Shown: one piece after another, positions 27,559-45,435 of the stretch
How the letters are laid out: each line of letters starts with the position of its first letter
How positions within the stretch are numbered: the stretch's first letter is position 1
Assembly (NCBI GenBank): GCA_002104945.1
Contig: MCFH01000020.1
Location: 124,001 to 188,000 of the forward strand
Length of the DNA stretch: 64,000 nt
Reading direction: 5' to 3'
Source: Piromyces finnis finn
Lineage: Eukaryota; Fungi; Neocallimastigomycota
Notes under the pieces: model-generated
What the model was told of the DNA's origin: nothing
Databases searched by the model: none
Seen by the model: only the letters and a program-made list of their open reading frames with translations
Program-made: the position numbers and the translations under genes

Positions 27559-29076
27559 ATGTTTTGTGATTTCAATATTCCTTATCCATCTCAAAGCAAT
27601 GGAAAAATTACTGAAGAACAATTAATAAATCTTAAAAAAATATTAAACATGCTTCAAAAATGTAAAGATAACATATTATAATTTATATTATTAATAATGT
27701 TCAATATTTTTATTTTCAAGTAATAATATTTAATCAATTATTTTATTTAAAATCCGAAATCTAATTCTAATTCAAATTCTAATTTTAATTCAATTTTCTT
27801 TTTTTTTAAAAAAAAAATAAAAAAAAAAAAAAGTTGGATATGAAGCTGTTGCATTTAATAATACTATTTCAGGAAAAATACCAAACAATGGTGTAAGAAT
27901 TAAAGTTTTTTATATAATAAGCAATTTTAAAAGATTATATAATTACATACTGAATATATTTTTTAATTAAAATTTGAAAGTCAAATCCAATTCAAACTAT
28001 TCCAATAGATACTTCAGATAATAAGAAGGATATTAAGCAATATTCAAGATTAACAATAATCATGAATGATGCTAGTCAAAATTATTCATTAGTAAGTAAA
28101 AAATAATAACTATAAAATAAAAATATAAAAAAGTTTAAAAGATTCAAAAATTAATTTTATTTAAAAATAAAATTCTTAAAATAGAATTCAAATAATGAAA
28201 CAATCTCTGCTTATGATATTATTGCAATTCAACCACAAAATGAAAAGATATTTCAACTTGCTTGTTCAGTATTAGATATAGATATTATTTCATTAGATTT
28301 TTCTACCAGACTTCCATTCTATTTAAAATTACCAATGGTTAATCTTGCTATTGAACGTGGTATACATTTTGAAATTAATTACAGCGTTTCATTAAGAGGT
28401 TAGAATAATTTAAAAGTTAAAAATATATAAAAAAATAAATTTATATATATATAGCTAAATATTAGTTATTAATATCATAAAATTTACTTTTTATTTGTTA
28501 AAATAATAATATAGATAATAACGCAAGAAAACATCTTATATCAAATGCTGCAAACTTAGCTAGAGTTACTAGAGGAAAAAATATAATAATATCAAGTGAA
28601 GCTCAAAAAGCATTAGAAATTAGAGGACCATATGATATTATTAATTTGTAAGTAAATAAATTATCATATATCATTTTTATCATATTTTTGAATGTTTTAC
28701 ATTTATTAATATTATTTTTTATTTAATACCAAATATTTTCAATATTTTGTTTTTAATTTTTATTAATAGATCATCAATATTTGGATTAAATCAAGCTTTA
28801 GCTAAAAATTGTATTACTAGTAATTGTAGAAAGGTTTTACTTCATTCAAGTAAGTTTAATAATAATATATTTATATTATACTTTGTTGTAGAATGCTATT
28901 TCTATTTGATTTCTAATAAATATCATATATAAATTCCTTTAGAAACTAGAAAGAACATCCATAAGGGTGTTGTGTCTATATCAACACTTGATGAACTAGA
29001 ACCAGAAGAAAGCTGGAAAGCTGGAGATAAAGATCTTGATGCTGATGTATTACATTTTGATATGGATGAAGATTAA
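27559..29076 (+). CDS. RPP1: RNase P/MRP subunit p30 (Rpp1/RPP30), multi-exon
   Basis: Spliced MFCDFNIPYP...YSRLTIIM...YDIIAIQPQNEKIFQLACSVLDIDIISLDFSTRLPFYLKLPMVNLAIERGIHFEINYS...IIISSEAQKALEIRGPYDIINL. Confidence 0.92.
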
Positions 29077-29345
29077 TTTAATTAAAATTGTTTAATTATC
29101 AATAGATTATTAGTTATGTACAATTTATATGCAGAAAGATAAAACATAATTATTTTTTTAAATAAAGGAAAAAGAAATTAATAAAAATTAAATACAATAA
29201 ATGTTGTTTTTTGCTTTATTAATTATTTTTATTTTTTTATTTTTTTTATATTTTAATATATAAAAATTTGATAATATTTTTGCCTTTATTATATTAACAA
29301 TTTGGTACTCTTTTTTTTTTTTAATTAATAAAATTAAAATTATAA

Positions 29346-34030
<4,685 letters not shown>

Positions 34031-36756
34031 ATTAACTATTTATATTATTCTTTACTATGAAAAAGATAATGATTTATTGATTTATTAAATAATATTTAAT
34101 ATGATATGTAATAATACAAATATTGAATTATAAAATTAAATATCAAAAAAAAAAGATATAAATTATTCCGAAATTATTAAATCATAACTAATTATAATAA
34201 TTTCTAAATATTATTATTTCTCTCCTTTTTTTTTTTTTTTAAAGGATGAAAAATAATAAAAAAGTTATAGTAAATTATTTTTAAGAATCTTTATTTTTAA
34301 ACATTAAACAAAATATTTCATATATATATCACTTAAAAAAAAAAAAAAGCAATTACAGGATTTATATAAAAACTAAAAATTTTCAATATAGTTTTATATT
34401 TTGACTCCATTAATACAATTTATAACTAATTTATAAAATTCATACATTTAAAAATAATCTGTTACCAACAACTTAATAATTTTTGTGTATATTTACTAAT
34501 AAATTATTAATTAAGCTTTTTAAAAATTAGTTTGTCAATATTATTTTTAAACCTAAATTAGTTTATTAATTAATTAATATTTTAAATTTTGAAACAAAAA
34601 AAAAAACTAATAATTATAAATTTTTTTTATACTTTTTCATATATATAAGTAGTTGGAAAAAGTTTTATTTTATCACATAAAAATAATAATAACAAAAAGA
34701 ATTTGATAATTACAAATATATATTATAAAAGAGTATAATAAATACATATTCAATATAATACTATATATATGAATTCAAATATTTATAATTATATATAATT
34801 AAATTTAAAATTAACATTTATTAAAGTAATAAATAACATTATAGAATATCTTTATATGGAAAGTAATTAAATATAATTTAAAAAGTTTTATTTAATTAAA
34901 ATTAATAAATAAAGATTATAATAATAGTATTATAATTATAACTGAAATTGTTTTTAATTCTGAAAATTAGTTCTTTCTAAACAAATAATTTTAACAACTC
35001 GTCAATTAATTTTAAAATACATAAATAACACATGTTAACTGATAACTTGCGGATTTAGGTTAGTTTTTATATATTATTAGTTTGTTTCCATTCATATGTA
35101 TTATATATGTATTTATTGGCATAATTTATTGAAAATATTCAATTAAATCTACTAATTTTTGTCTAACAAATATAATTAGATTTCTTTTTTTATGCTATAT
35201 TTTAAAACCTACTTTATAAATTAATAAAATTAAATCTAATAATTTAATTCCATCTTTTATGTCATATATTATATTTATTATAAAAAATAATATCTTGTTT
35301 TATTTTGATATTTTCTTTTTTATTTTTAATCATATATATATTTTCGACAATGATCTTTATTATTATAATAACTTTTTAAGAAACTACAAAAATTAAACCT
35401 CTAAAAGTGAAAATTCACCAGTCGGAATATATGACTCCACATAATATTTAATGTACACTATTTAAGATACATTAATATAACATACATACAATTTGGTATA
35501 ATTAATGTAATAAAATAAATAATGTATATATTTTTTTGTTGGATATATATATACAATATATTATAAAAAACTTGAAAATTAATTGGGCTTATTCCTAAAC
35601 ATAAGTTTAATGGTGTATATATTTTAAATTTATAGATGATTGGTTGATGTTTTAAATATTCACTCTATCAATCTTATATATTAATCTATATACTTTAATA
35701 TATTAAATGTTTATTTTTATAATAAATAAAAAAGTTTAAAAAATAAGTTGATTTTAAACTATTTAAAGTAATATAATTGAAAAAATAAATATATTAAAAT
35801 TTGTTGTTTATATATATTATAATTAATTTAAAATATATTAAAGAGGTTAAAAATTAATATTAAACTCTAATTTATTTGAAAAATAAAGATAAAAATTTTT
35901 TTTTTAGTTTTATATTAAATTTTAATAAAAAATAAAAAAAAAAACAGTATATTATATATAATAATTTTATTATTTTATTAAATTTATAAAATAAAAAAAT
36001 TTATATAAAAGAAGAATATTTTCCTCCATTTTTTAATAACTATAGTTTGAATTTTTGTCATTATTTATAAATTATAATAACAAAAAGAACTGAGTAATAA
36101 ATAAAATCGTTTAAATATTTAAATAAAAAATAGAAAGTAAATATAATATTTTTTTTATCTATAAAAATTTAATTAAAAAATTAAAAATTAAAGATTTTAT
36201 ATATGAAGGATCAAAATATAGTAAAATATTTATAAATATGTTTAATATATTTTGATTTAAATAAATTTTATAAAAATTATATTTTTGAAGAAAATGAAAA
36301 GTAGAAAATTAGATAATATATAAAGTTTAATATAATAATTAAATAAAAATAATAAATTTTAATATTTTTTTTTAAAAAAATATATATAAAATTAATTCGA
36401 TATATATAAAAATTGAAACTAATTTTTTTTTTTTAAATATTAATATTTTAGTTTTTTTTTATAAAATATTATTACGAAAATATATTTCATACTAAATATT
36501 TAAATAGAAAAAAATAAAAAAAAATACTATACATGTTTGAATTCTTCAACGTCCAAAACAAATCAACATTACCATTTTTTAAATCCAATCGACAAAAACA
36601 TTTATATAAGCATTTTATGAATACTGAAATTTGAAATTCCTTGTTAATAATTTTTAATAATTAATATTTAATCAACTTGTTTTAATTAATAATTTTATAA
36701 TATAATATTCACCCCGTAAATTTTTAAAATATATAAGTAGTATAAAAAAATTCAAA

Positions 36757-37953
36757 ATGTCTATCAATATTAGAAGAGATGTTAAAGATACTTTCTACAG
36801 ATACAAGATGCCAAAAATTGTTGCCAAAATTGAAGGTAAAGGAAATGGTATCAAAACTGTTGTTACAAATATGAGCGATATTGCAAAAGCTCTTAGTAGA
36901 CCACCAACTTATCCAACTAAGTATTTCGGTTTTGAATTAGGTGCTCAAGTTAAATGTGAAGATAAAAATGATAGATACATTATTAATGGTCAACACGACA
37001 GCAAAAAGTTACAAGATTCTCTTGATGGATTTATTGATAAATTTGTTTTATGTGCTCATTGTAAAAATCCAGAAACCGATTTAATTATTAATAAGAATGG
37101 AATTATAAGAGATTGTAAAGCTTGTGGTAAAAGAAGTGAAGTTGACCATAAGCACAAATTAACCGCTTTTATTATGAAACATCCACCAACTCAACCAAAA
37201 AAATCTAAAAAGTCTAAGAAGGGAAGTAAGTCTGAAAACAATTCAGCTAGTGAAGCTACAATTCCAACTCCACCAGACAGTGTTTCTGTAAATTCAGAAG
37301 ATGAAGGTTCAATGAAAGAAGAAATTATTGAAATGCCAAAGCCAATAAATAACGATGATGATGATGATGATGACTGGTGTGTTGATACTAGCCCAGAAGC
37401 TGTTGCAGAACGTATGAAGGAAATTAATGGTGCTGTTGCTAAACTTGCTGCAGTTAATATCGGAGAAGATGGAGATGATGACGAAAAAGATCCAATTGAT
37501 GAATTTGCTGAATATGTAGAAGAAGAAGATCGTACTGATAAGGAAATTATTAAGAAGGCCCGTGAACTTGGATTAAAGAATGATAAAGTTTGTACAGTTC
37601 TTGTTCAAATTTTATTTGATGAAGATGTTTTAGAACAAGTATCCGAAAGATCCGATTTATTAAATAACTTTGTTAAAAACGAAAAGTGTCAAAAGGCTAT
37701 TTTAGGTGGAATTGAACGTTTAGTTGATCAAAATGATAATCTTCTTCCAAAGGTTGCTTTTATTTTAAAGGCCTTCTATGATGAAGATATTGTTGAAGAA
37801 GATGTTTTATTAGCTTGGGGTGAAAAAGCATCAAAGAAATATGTTGACAAGTCTAAAAGTAAAGAAATTAGAAAACAAGCAACTCCATTCTTAAATTGGT
37901 TAAGAGAAGCAGAAGAAGAAAGTAGTGACGAAGATGATGAAGATGATGAATAA
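36757..37953 (+). CDS. TIF5: Eukaryotic translation initiation factor 5, single exon
   Basis: MSINIRRDVKDTFYRYKMP...EGKGNGIKT, Zn ribbon FVLCAHCKNPET...CKACG, and C-terminal W2 domain FLNWLREAEEESSDE. Confidence 0.97.
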   Translation: MSINIRRDVKDTFYRYKMPKIVAKIEGKGNGIKTVVTNMSDIAKALSRPPTYPTKYFGFELGAQVKCEDKNDRYIINGQHDSKKLQDSLDGFIDKFVLCAHCKNPETDLIINKNGIIRDCKACGKRSEVDHKHKLTAFIMKHPPTQPKKSKKSKKGSKSENNSASEATIPTPPDSVSVNSEDEGSMKEEIIEMPKPINNDDDDDDDWCVDTSPEAVAERMKEINGAVAKLAAVNIGEDGDDDEKDPIDEFAEYVEEEDRTDKEIIKKARELGLKNDKVCTVLVQILFDEDVLEQVSERSDLLNNFVKNEKCQKAILGGIERLVDQNDNLLPKVAFILKAFYDEDIVEEDVLLAWGEKASKKYVDKSKSKEIRKQATPFLNWLREAEEESSDEDDEDDE

Positions 37954-39042
37954 ATTCTTTGTTGATTGAAGGTTTTTAAATAGAACTTAAAAGCTATTAT
38001 TCATTATAAAATCTAATTTATAATTTCATATAAAGTTTTATATTTTATTTTGTTATTTTAAATATATTTATTTTTCTTTTTTTTCTAAAAGCATGTTGAA
38101 ATCAATATATTAAGGTGTATTGATACCAAAAAATGGAAATATTTACATTGAAAAGGAAGAAATTAATAAAAAATGAAACAAATTTTTATATATAGTTTTT
38201 AAATATTTTTTTCTAATTAATTATTAAATATATTTTAAATTAAATAAAGACAATAATAAATTTAATATGTTAAAGCAATAAATTAATAAAATGGATATAT
38301 TCCATTCAAATATTTTATTTATTATATCAAATTTTCATTAAATAACGATTAAAATTCATTCAAAAAGAGGATAAAAAAAACTTCCTTTGAATAAATTATA
38401 TTATAGTAATAATACTTTACATAATTTATATTATTTAAAATTGCGTATAACAAAAAATGTTATTTTTATTTGCTTTTTGAAATAAAAATAAAAAAAATAT
38501 TAACATTTATAACAAATTAAATAATAAATGATAAATAATAATATTTTCATGGTAAATTTTTATTGATAATGTATATTATACATACAAATAAAACAAATAA
38601 ATAAATAAATAAAAAAAAAATAAATAAATATTCTAAATAAAACTCCATTAAAATTTAAATTAAAAGGTAAAAAAAAATTGATTATAAAAAAATAAAGATT
38701 AATATAATAAATTCTATTATTAATTTATTATTTATAATTTTAAATAGTGAATATTCTTTTTTTTTTTTTTTCTGTAATCTAAAAACAAAGCAATATGATT
38801 TTATGAAGTTCGTATATATATATAGAAGATGTTTTATTATACACTTTATAATAATTATTATTAAAAGTATTTTTATTACTTATAATAAAAATATATTATT
38901 ATAAAGTAAAAATGTGTTTTAATATTGATTGGTTTGTATAAATTTTTATTAGTAGAGTTTAAAATAAAAATTTAAAGATTATAGATAATAAAATAAAACA
39001 ATTTTTAAATTTTGTATATATTAAAATATTTAATAAATTAAA

Positions 39043-39828
39043 ATGACTGATTGGGATGCTGAGTTATACAACAGATTCGAAAAGGATCGTACCTTGCCTT
39101 CTATTGATTTAGTCAATTCCATTTCATTAAAAAATCCAAGAAAAATTATTGATATTGGATGTGGAATAGGAAATAGTACTATAGTTTTGAAAAATAAATT
39201 TGTAAATGCGCAAATAATTGGGATAGATTCTTCTGATGATATGCTAATTAAAGCTAAAAATGATTATCCAGAATTGGAGTTTATTAAACTTGATGCAGAA
39301 AAAGAACTTGATTTGTTAAAAGAAAAATATGATATAGTATATTCAAACGCTTGTATTCAATGGATACCTGACCATAAAAACTTAATTTTTAAACTTTTCA
39401 ATATTTTATCCAATAATGGTATGCTTGCTATTCAAATCCCTCAACATGAAAAACATCCTATGCATAAAATTATACAAAAAGTAGCAGAATCTAATAAATG
39501 GTGTAATAAATTTAAAAATATAAAACAGCTCTATATTGTTTCTGAAGAAGAATATTACAATATATTTTCAAATATTACCAATGAATTCAGAATATGGGAA
39601 ACAACTTATTTTCATATTATGCCTTCTCATCAAAGTATTGTTGAATGGTATAAAGGTGCAGGACTTCGTCCATATATGGAGCAATTATCTATTGAAGATA
39701 AAAAAGCTTTTGAAGAAGATATATTAAATGAAGTGAAAAAAACATATCTAATTCAAAGTGATGGAAAGATTATTTTTAGATTCCCAAGATTATTTATGTT
39801 AGCAAAAAAAAAACAAAAAGTGATATAA
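39043..39828 (+). CDS. tam: Bacterial-type trans-aconitate 2-methyltransferase, intronless
   Basis: WDAELYNRFEKDRTLPSIDL, SAM motif IIDIGCGIGNST, IGIDSSDDML, YSNACIQWIPDH, VEWYKGAGLRPY and terminal FRFPRLFMLAKK match the Tam family pattern. Confidence 0.9.
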   Translation: MTDWDAELYNRFEKDRTLPSIDLVNSISLKNPRKIIDIGCGIGNSTIVLKNKFVNAQIIGIDSSDDMLIKAKNDYPELEFIKLDAEKELDLLKEKYDIVYSNACIQWIPDHKNLIFKLFNILSNNGMLAIQIPQHEKHPMHKIIQKVAESNKWCNKFKNIKQLYIVSEEEYYNIFSNITNEFRIWETTYFHIMPSHQSIVEWYKGAGLRPYMEQLSIEDKKAFEEDILNEVKKTYLIQSDGKIIFRFPRLFMLAKKKQKVI

Positions 39829-40431
39829 ATTGAAATAATAAATAAAAAAAATTTTTTAAAATCCTATTTAAATGTAAAAGTAAATAATAATTAATTTCAT
39901 GACTTTTATCTTTTATATTTAGTAATATTATTGTAAATAAATAATAATTAATTCGTTTAAAATTTCAAATTTAAATTCAATTTATATGGATTTTATTACT
40001 ATTTATTATTAGAATTATTATTATAATAAATGTTTAGTTTGTGAAGTACTTTTAAAAAAAATGTATTATATATAATTACTAAATGAAATATATATTTTCT
40101 TTATTTCAAATTTCAATTTTAAACATCTATTCATTAATATAATTTATATAATATTCTAATATTTATTTTAAAAAATTAAAATTATTAAAAAATTAATCAT
40201 CCATCTAAAAATATTAATATTTATCCACTTCTTTAATATATATTAATTTAATAAATCTACTCAAATTTTAAATATTATAAGAAATATTTTATAACATTAT
40301 ACCATATAATTTTAACATATTACTTTTATTAAAAATATTTCTATTTTTTTTTTTTTTTTTTTTACGATTAAAGATTTTAAAATTTAATCCTAAAATATTA
40401 AATTAATAATAGATTTATATACCATTTAAAA

Positions 40432-43400
40432 ATGGATTTATTTAAAGATATTAATTTCATTTTCAATTCTCTTCCAAGCTATCCACGTTCATTACTAAAA
40501 TCAGGTGCAAATCAAACAGCAATTGTTACACAGACAGGCATTTTTATTCATGTAAAATAGATATTTCTTTTCTTGAAAGAGATTTTACAAATAGTTTCAT
40601 TAAATATTTTAATATCATACATAATATATATATATATAATATATACTATGAATCTTTGTGTACTTCTATTGTTTTAATTTTAATGGGGAAATATAATTTG
40701 ATATAAATTAGACACCCAAAGAAAGAAAAAGTATAACTGATTCACAATGGGATAGAACTTCGATAACCAATAATGTTAAATATCAAAAACATTATAAAGT
40801 CGCAAAAGGTAAAAAAAAAAAGTTTCATACATATAATATATAAAAATTTATAAATCCAAAGTATTTTTTTAAAATATACAAATTATTAAAAATATTTTAT
40901 AACCAAAGAATTTAATTTAAAAATTTTAAAACATTTTTCTTCTTTTTTTTTTTTTAATTTAATGAATCCTTTTAACATATATTATATATTTATATATTAA
41001 TAAAGATCAATGCTTTAGAATTAGTGAATTAATAGATCAATTCCGTTGCGCAATATGGTCACCATTACAATGTTCTTTGCTTGGAGGGTAATTAAATATA
41101 TTATATGTAGTAAATTATTACTATATAAAATATTATTATATTCTATATTATTTTTAAGATATTAATTTATATATATATAAAGATGTATGTTAATAACTAT
41201 AACTACAGGAAATCAAGTTTTAATATACGAAGCAGATTCAAATCCTTCAATAGAAGAATGGAAAATTGTAAATTTTTATAATATTTAAATGAAAATTAAA
41301 ATTTATTTGTTACATGTATCTTCTAAAACAAAAATTTTGAAATATCATTAAAATATTAAAGGTGACAAATTTAACTAAATTGCTTCAACAGCATTATAAA
41401 TTTGATTTAAATACTCTAACTAATGAAGATGTTAATAAAATTGAAACTATGTGTTAGTATATAACAATTTAATAATATCATAGAATATATATATATATAA
41501 TTGTTTCTCATCTTTTTTTATTAAAAATAGCATACAAAAATTTTGATTTTTTAAAAACTTAATTGTATTATTTTTTTATTTCCTTAATTATAAAGCGGCG
41601 GACTGGTCACCATATAATAACAATGATAATTTATCATTAATAGCGTTAGGTAGTAAAGCTGGTGTTATCACTATTTGGAAGTAATATATTTATATATCTC
41701 TTTTTTATATATAACATCTTTACATAACTGTTGACTTTAAAAAAAATAAAAACATAATTGAATATATATTATTAATATTGATATTAAATTTAATATCTAT
41801 ATTATTAAGATTTGAAAATGATATAAAATACTTTACTTCTATAAAGGCTTTTGATAACTATGTATATTCTTTAAAATGGACAGATTGGTATTTCACAGAG
41901 GACGATAAAGGTAAATAAAAATAAATAATAAATTAATAGCGTATTAATATATTATTGTTTATATTTAAATAAAAAAGAAAAAAAGAAAGAGAGAGAGATA
42001 AAAAGTAACAACTTTTTTTTAGCATTTATTTATTTGTTTGCTGGCAGTAGTGAAGGGGAATTAAAAATAATAAAGTTTTCTATTGATTGGAAAACAAAAA
42101 AATGTAATATAAAAACTAAATTAATTGAGACAAACGATGGTTTAATAATATCTATTATTGAATTAGCAGAAGATTATGTACTGTATCAAATATTTTTATT
42201 CATTTTACATCTTTCTTTTTTTTTTTTTATTAATTATTAACTATTATTTTTATATTTTTATATATGTTTTTTTTTAAAAAAAAAAAAAAAAAAAAAAATT
42301 GTAAATGAATATATTAAATTAAAGAATTATGATGGAAAATATAAAATGGCTATAGTAAAAGGATCAGTAGTAAAAATTTTTGATTTAGACTTGAAATCTG
42401 ATTATTACTATCGAAAAGAAACTATAAAAACTATTAATATTCCATATATAATGACCATTGGATGTATGTATTCTGATAATTTTATTAATTAGGTTAATGA
42501 AAAAATTTTATTCAAAATTCAGAATTATTCTATATAAATAAATAAATAAATAAATATAGCTATTCAATTTTATAATTATGATGATACCTTAAGAATATAT
42601 ACAATGGATGGAAAGGCAATTGATATTTCCGCGACAGATGATAAATTAGTTATTAAGAATGATAACACATTATCATTTTTAAAAGCAATATTTTATCATC
42701 CAGTAGATAATCAAGAAGAAACTGAAATAAACAAAACTCAATCGTTTTTAGATTTTGTTGAAGAAAATAGTGCTGTTCCACGTTATTTCGGAGCTCAAAA
42801 ATCAATAAATGAACTTTGCGATACTGTTCTATATATGTACGTTTTTTTTTTTTTTTTTTCACAAGTTATTTTATAAATTATAATAAAAATATTAAAAAAA
42901 ATACATTTAAATATTCTTATAATCCAACTTTATGTAGTACTTATGCTCCGAAAGCAATGAATTATAGAACATCTGGAAGTTCTTATTGCTATTTATTATT
43001 TTATGCTAATTATGTTCTAAAAAATAATTCTGAAAATTTTGAAACAAATGTTTTAAAGAATATTGATCACTGGCTAGAAGATGAACTAATATGTAAAATT
43101 AATAAATATTAAATTTATAATTTTTATTAAGTAATTCATTCCTTATCTTTTTTTTTTTTTTTTTTTTGAATAATTATATAAATATATATTTATTAACCAT
43201 TAGTTCAAAAATATACTCCTTCTTGTCTTTTTTGGGATGTTATTCAATATTTAGAAAATCTAAAAAATAATAACGAAGAAGCAAGTGAAAAATTTTATAA
43301 GAAAGTCATTGATCATTTAATGACCTATAATATTCATCAAAAATATATCGATGACATTGTACCCATAAGCTTCACCAAAGAAGAAATAAAAAACACAAGG

Positions 43401-44727
43401 TATTCATTAAAAATTTTATTTTATTTTTACGGTAACTTTAATAAAATACTAATCTGTTTATATATATATATATCAAAAAAAAAAAAAAAAAAAAAAAAAG
43501 CTATTGTATATCAAAGTTATCTAAACAATTATATAGAAATAAAAAAATTAATTCCTTAAAATTAATTAATTCCTTTATACAGTCAGTTAAGGTAAATTTT
43601 AATAATACAATGTCATTATTAATAATAAAAATAATACTTTATATCAATCTTTTTTCTTTCGAAATATTAATAATTGTTGTTTTAGTTTTTATTACAAGAA
43701 AGTCATACTAAAAAAGTAGAAGAAATAAAACAAAGAAATGTAGAAATCATACATAATTATTTCACAAGAAACTTTTTACGCTTATATTTTAAAATTGATT
43801 TAACAAAATATTATGAAGATGGTAAATATAAATTTAAAAATTTATTGCTTTATCAAAATAGAAATAATTTTTTTTTAGTTATATATATTAATACAATTTT
43901 TTTTTAAAAAATTTTAAAAGAAAAATCTATAATATCTATACTCCTTATTTGTGATGCTGTACTAAAAAACTATAAAATAAATCATGATTTAATACCGATT
44001 GTTAAAAGAATATATCTTCGTATTCAAAAAAATTGTTCAAAAGATTTAATCAATGTTGAAAATGAACTTACCATCATAGATAAAATTGAGTCAGGTAAAA
44101 TGGAAGAAATAGAACAAAATTCAATGAAAATTGATTTACCAAAACCAAATGACACTGATAAAAATAAAGAATCTTCAGAAGATAAAAATAAATCAGAATC
44201 TCATAATACGTTAAACCTAACACCAAGAGAAAAATGCCCAGCTTGTTTAACAAATATCCTTTTAATATTTTTATTCCTATTTTATATTTAGATACAAAAA
44301 TAATAACCTATATAGTTTATTATATATCCTTAATTTTTTTTTAATGATATTACATATTTCATTTAATTCGATATTATATGGTGTTTGTGAAAACGGTCAC
44401 TCATGGGGTAGGAAAATTATTCCTAATTTATATATAAATTAGAATATCTATAATTATTTTCTATTAAAATATTAGATTTTTAATTAATATTTCTAATTGT
44501 TGTTTTTTATTATAAAAAATATTATTTTTATTATTATTATTATTTTAAAGACCGTTGTTCAAATACATTATTGATTACCAACACTCCATATATTAAATCA
44601 TGCCAAAGTTGTTTCTGTAAAGCCTTAGTAGATTCCCACCCTCGATCAAACCTTAATGTTCCATTAGTTGTTAAAGATGTTCAATCTCATTTTAAATCTT
44701 GTATTTATTGTGGTATGTAAAAACTTT

Positions 44728-44766
<39 letters not shown>

Positions 44767-44823
44767 AATATATTTTTTCTTCCATAAAAAATTATAGGTA
44801 ATCAATTTATATATCTTTTGTAA
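40432..44823 (+). CDS. TFIIIC 90-kDa/tau60-like subunit (WD40 propeller plus C-terminal Zn finger), many exons
   Basis: Spliced segments FRCAIWSPLQCSLLGG|CMLITITTGNQVLIY, WSP...LALGSKAGVITIW and C-terminal CPAC...CENGHSWDRCSNTLL...SCQSCFCKA...SCIYCG resemble the GTF3C4/Sfc9 architecture. Exon structure only partly reconstructed. Confidence 0.7.
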
Positions 44824-45435
44824 ATAGTTAGATTATTCATTATATATAAATTATATTAAAAAAAATAAATCTATTATGGTAAAAAAATCAAATACATTTT
44901 TTACATAACATAATATAATTTATAATTTATTTTTTTAATGTAAAGATTACACAAAATTTAATTCAATAAAATATTTAATTATTAGAAAATTAAAATATAT
45001 GTATTTATTTCAATAAATTTAATTTATATTGCTTTCTAAATCATAAACGTATTTTAAATAATAATAAAAAATATTTTAAAAAAAAAAAAAAAAAAATTGT
45101 TTTTAATTATAGTTAATGAATATTATTGCATTTATACATAATAAATAATATTTAATGTTATGAGGAGTTTTAATGTATTTTTTACTATAATTATCAAAGT
45201 TTATTATTATTAACTTTTTATAATTTATTTACATATCTTTTTACTTTTCATAGTAATAGTAATGTGTATTTCAAATATATATATATATATAATAAATGGT
45301 GAATAACTTAATGTATATTAAATAATATATTTACAGTCTTTAAACTTATAAAAGAAATTTAAAAATAAATTGTATGTTTATGTAGCGTTTAAAAATTTCA
45401 CCTACAATTAATTTATGATTTTATTATTATTATTA

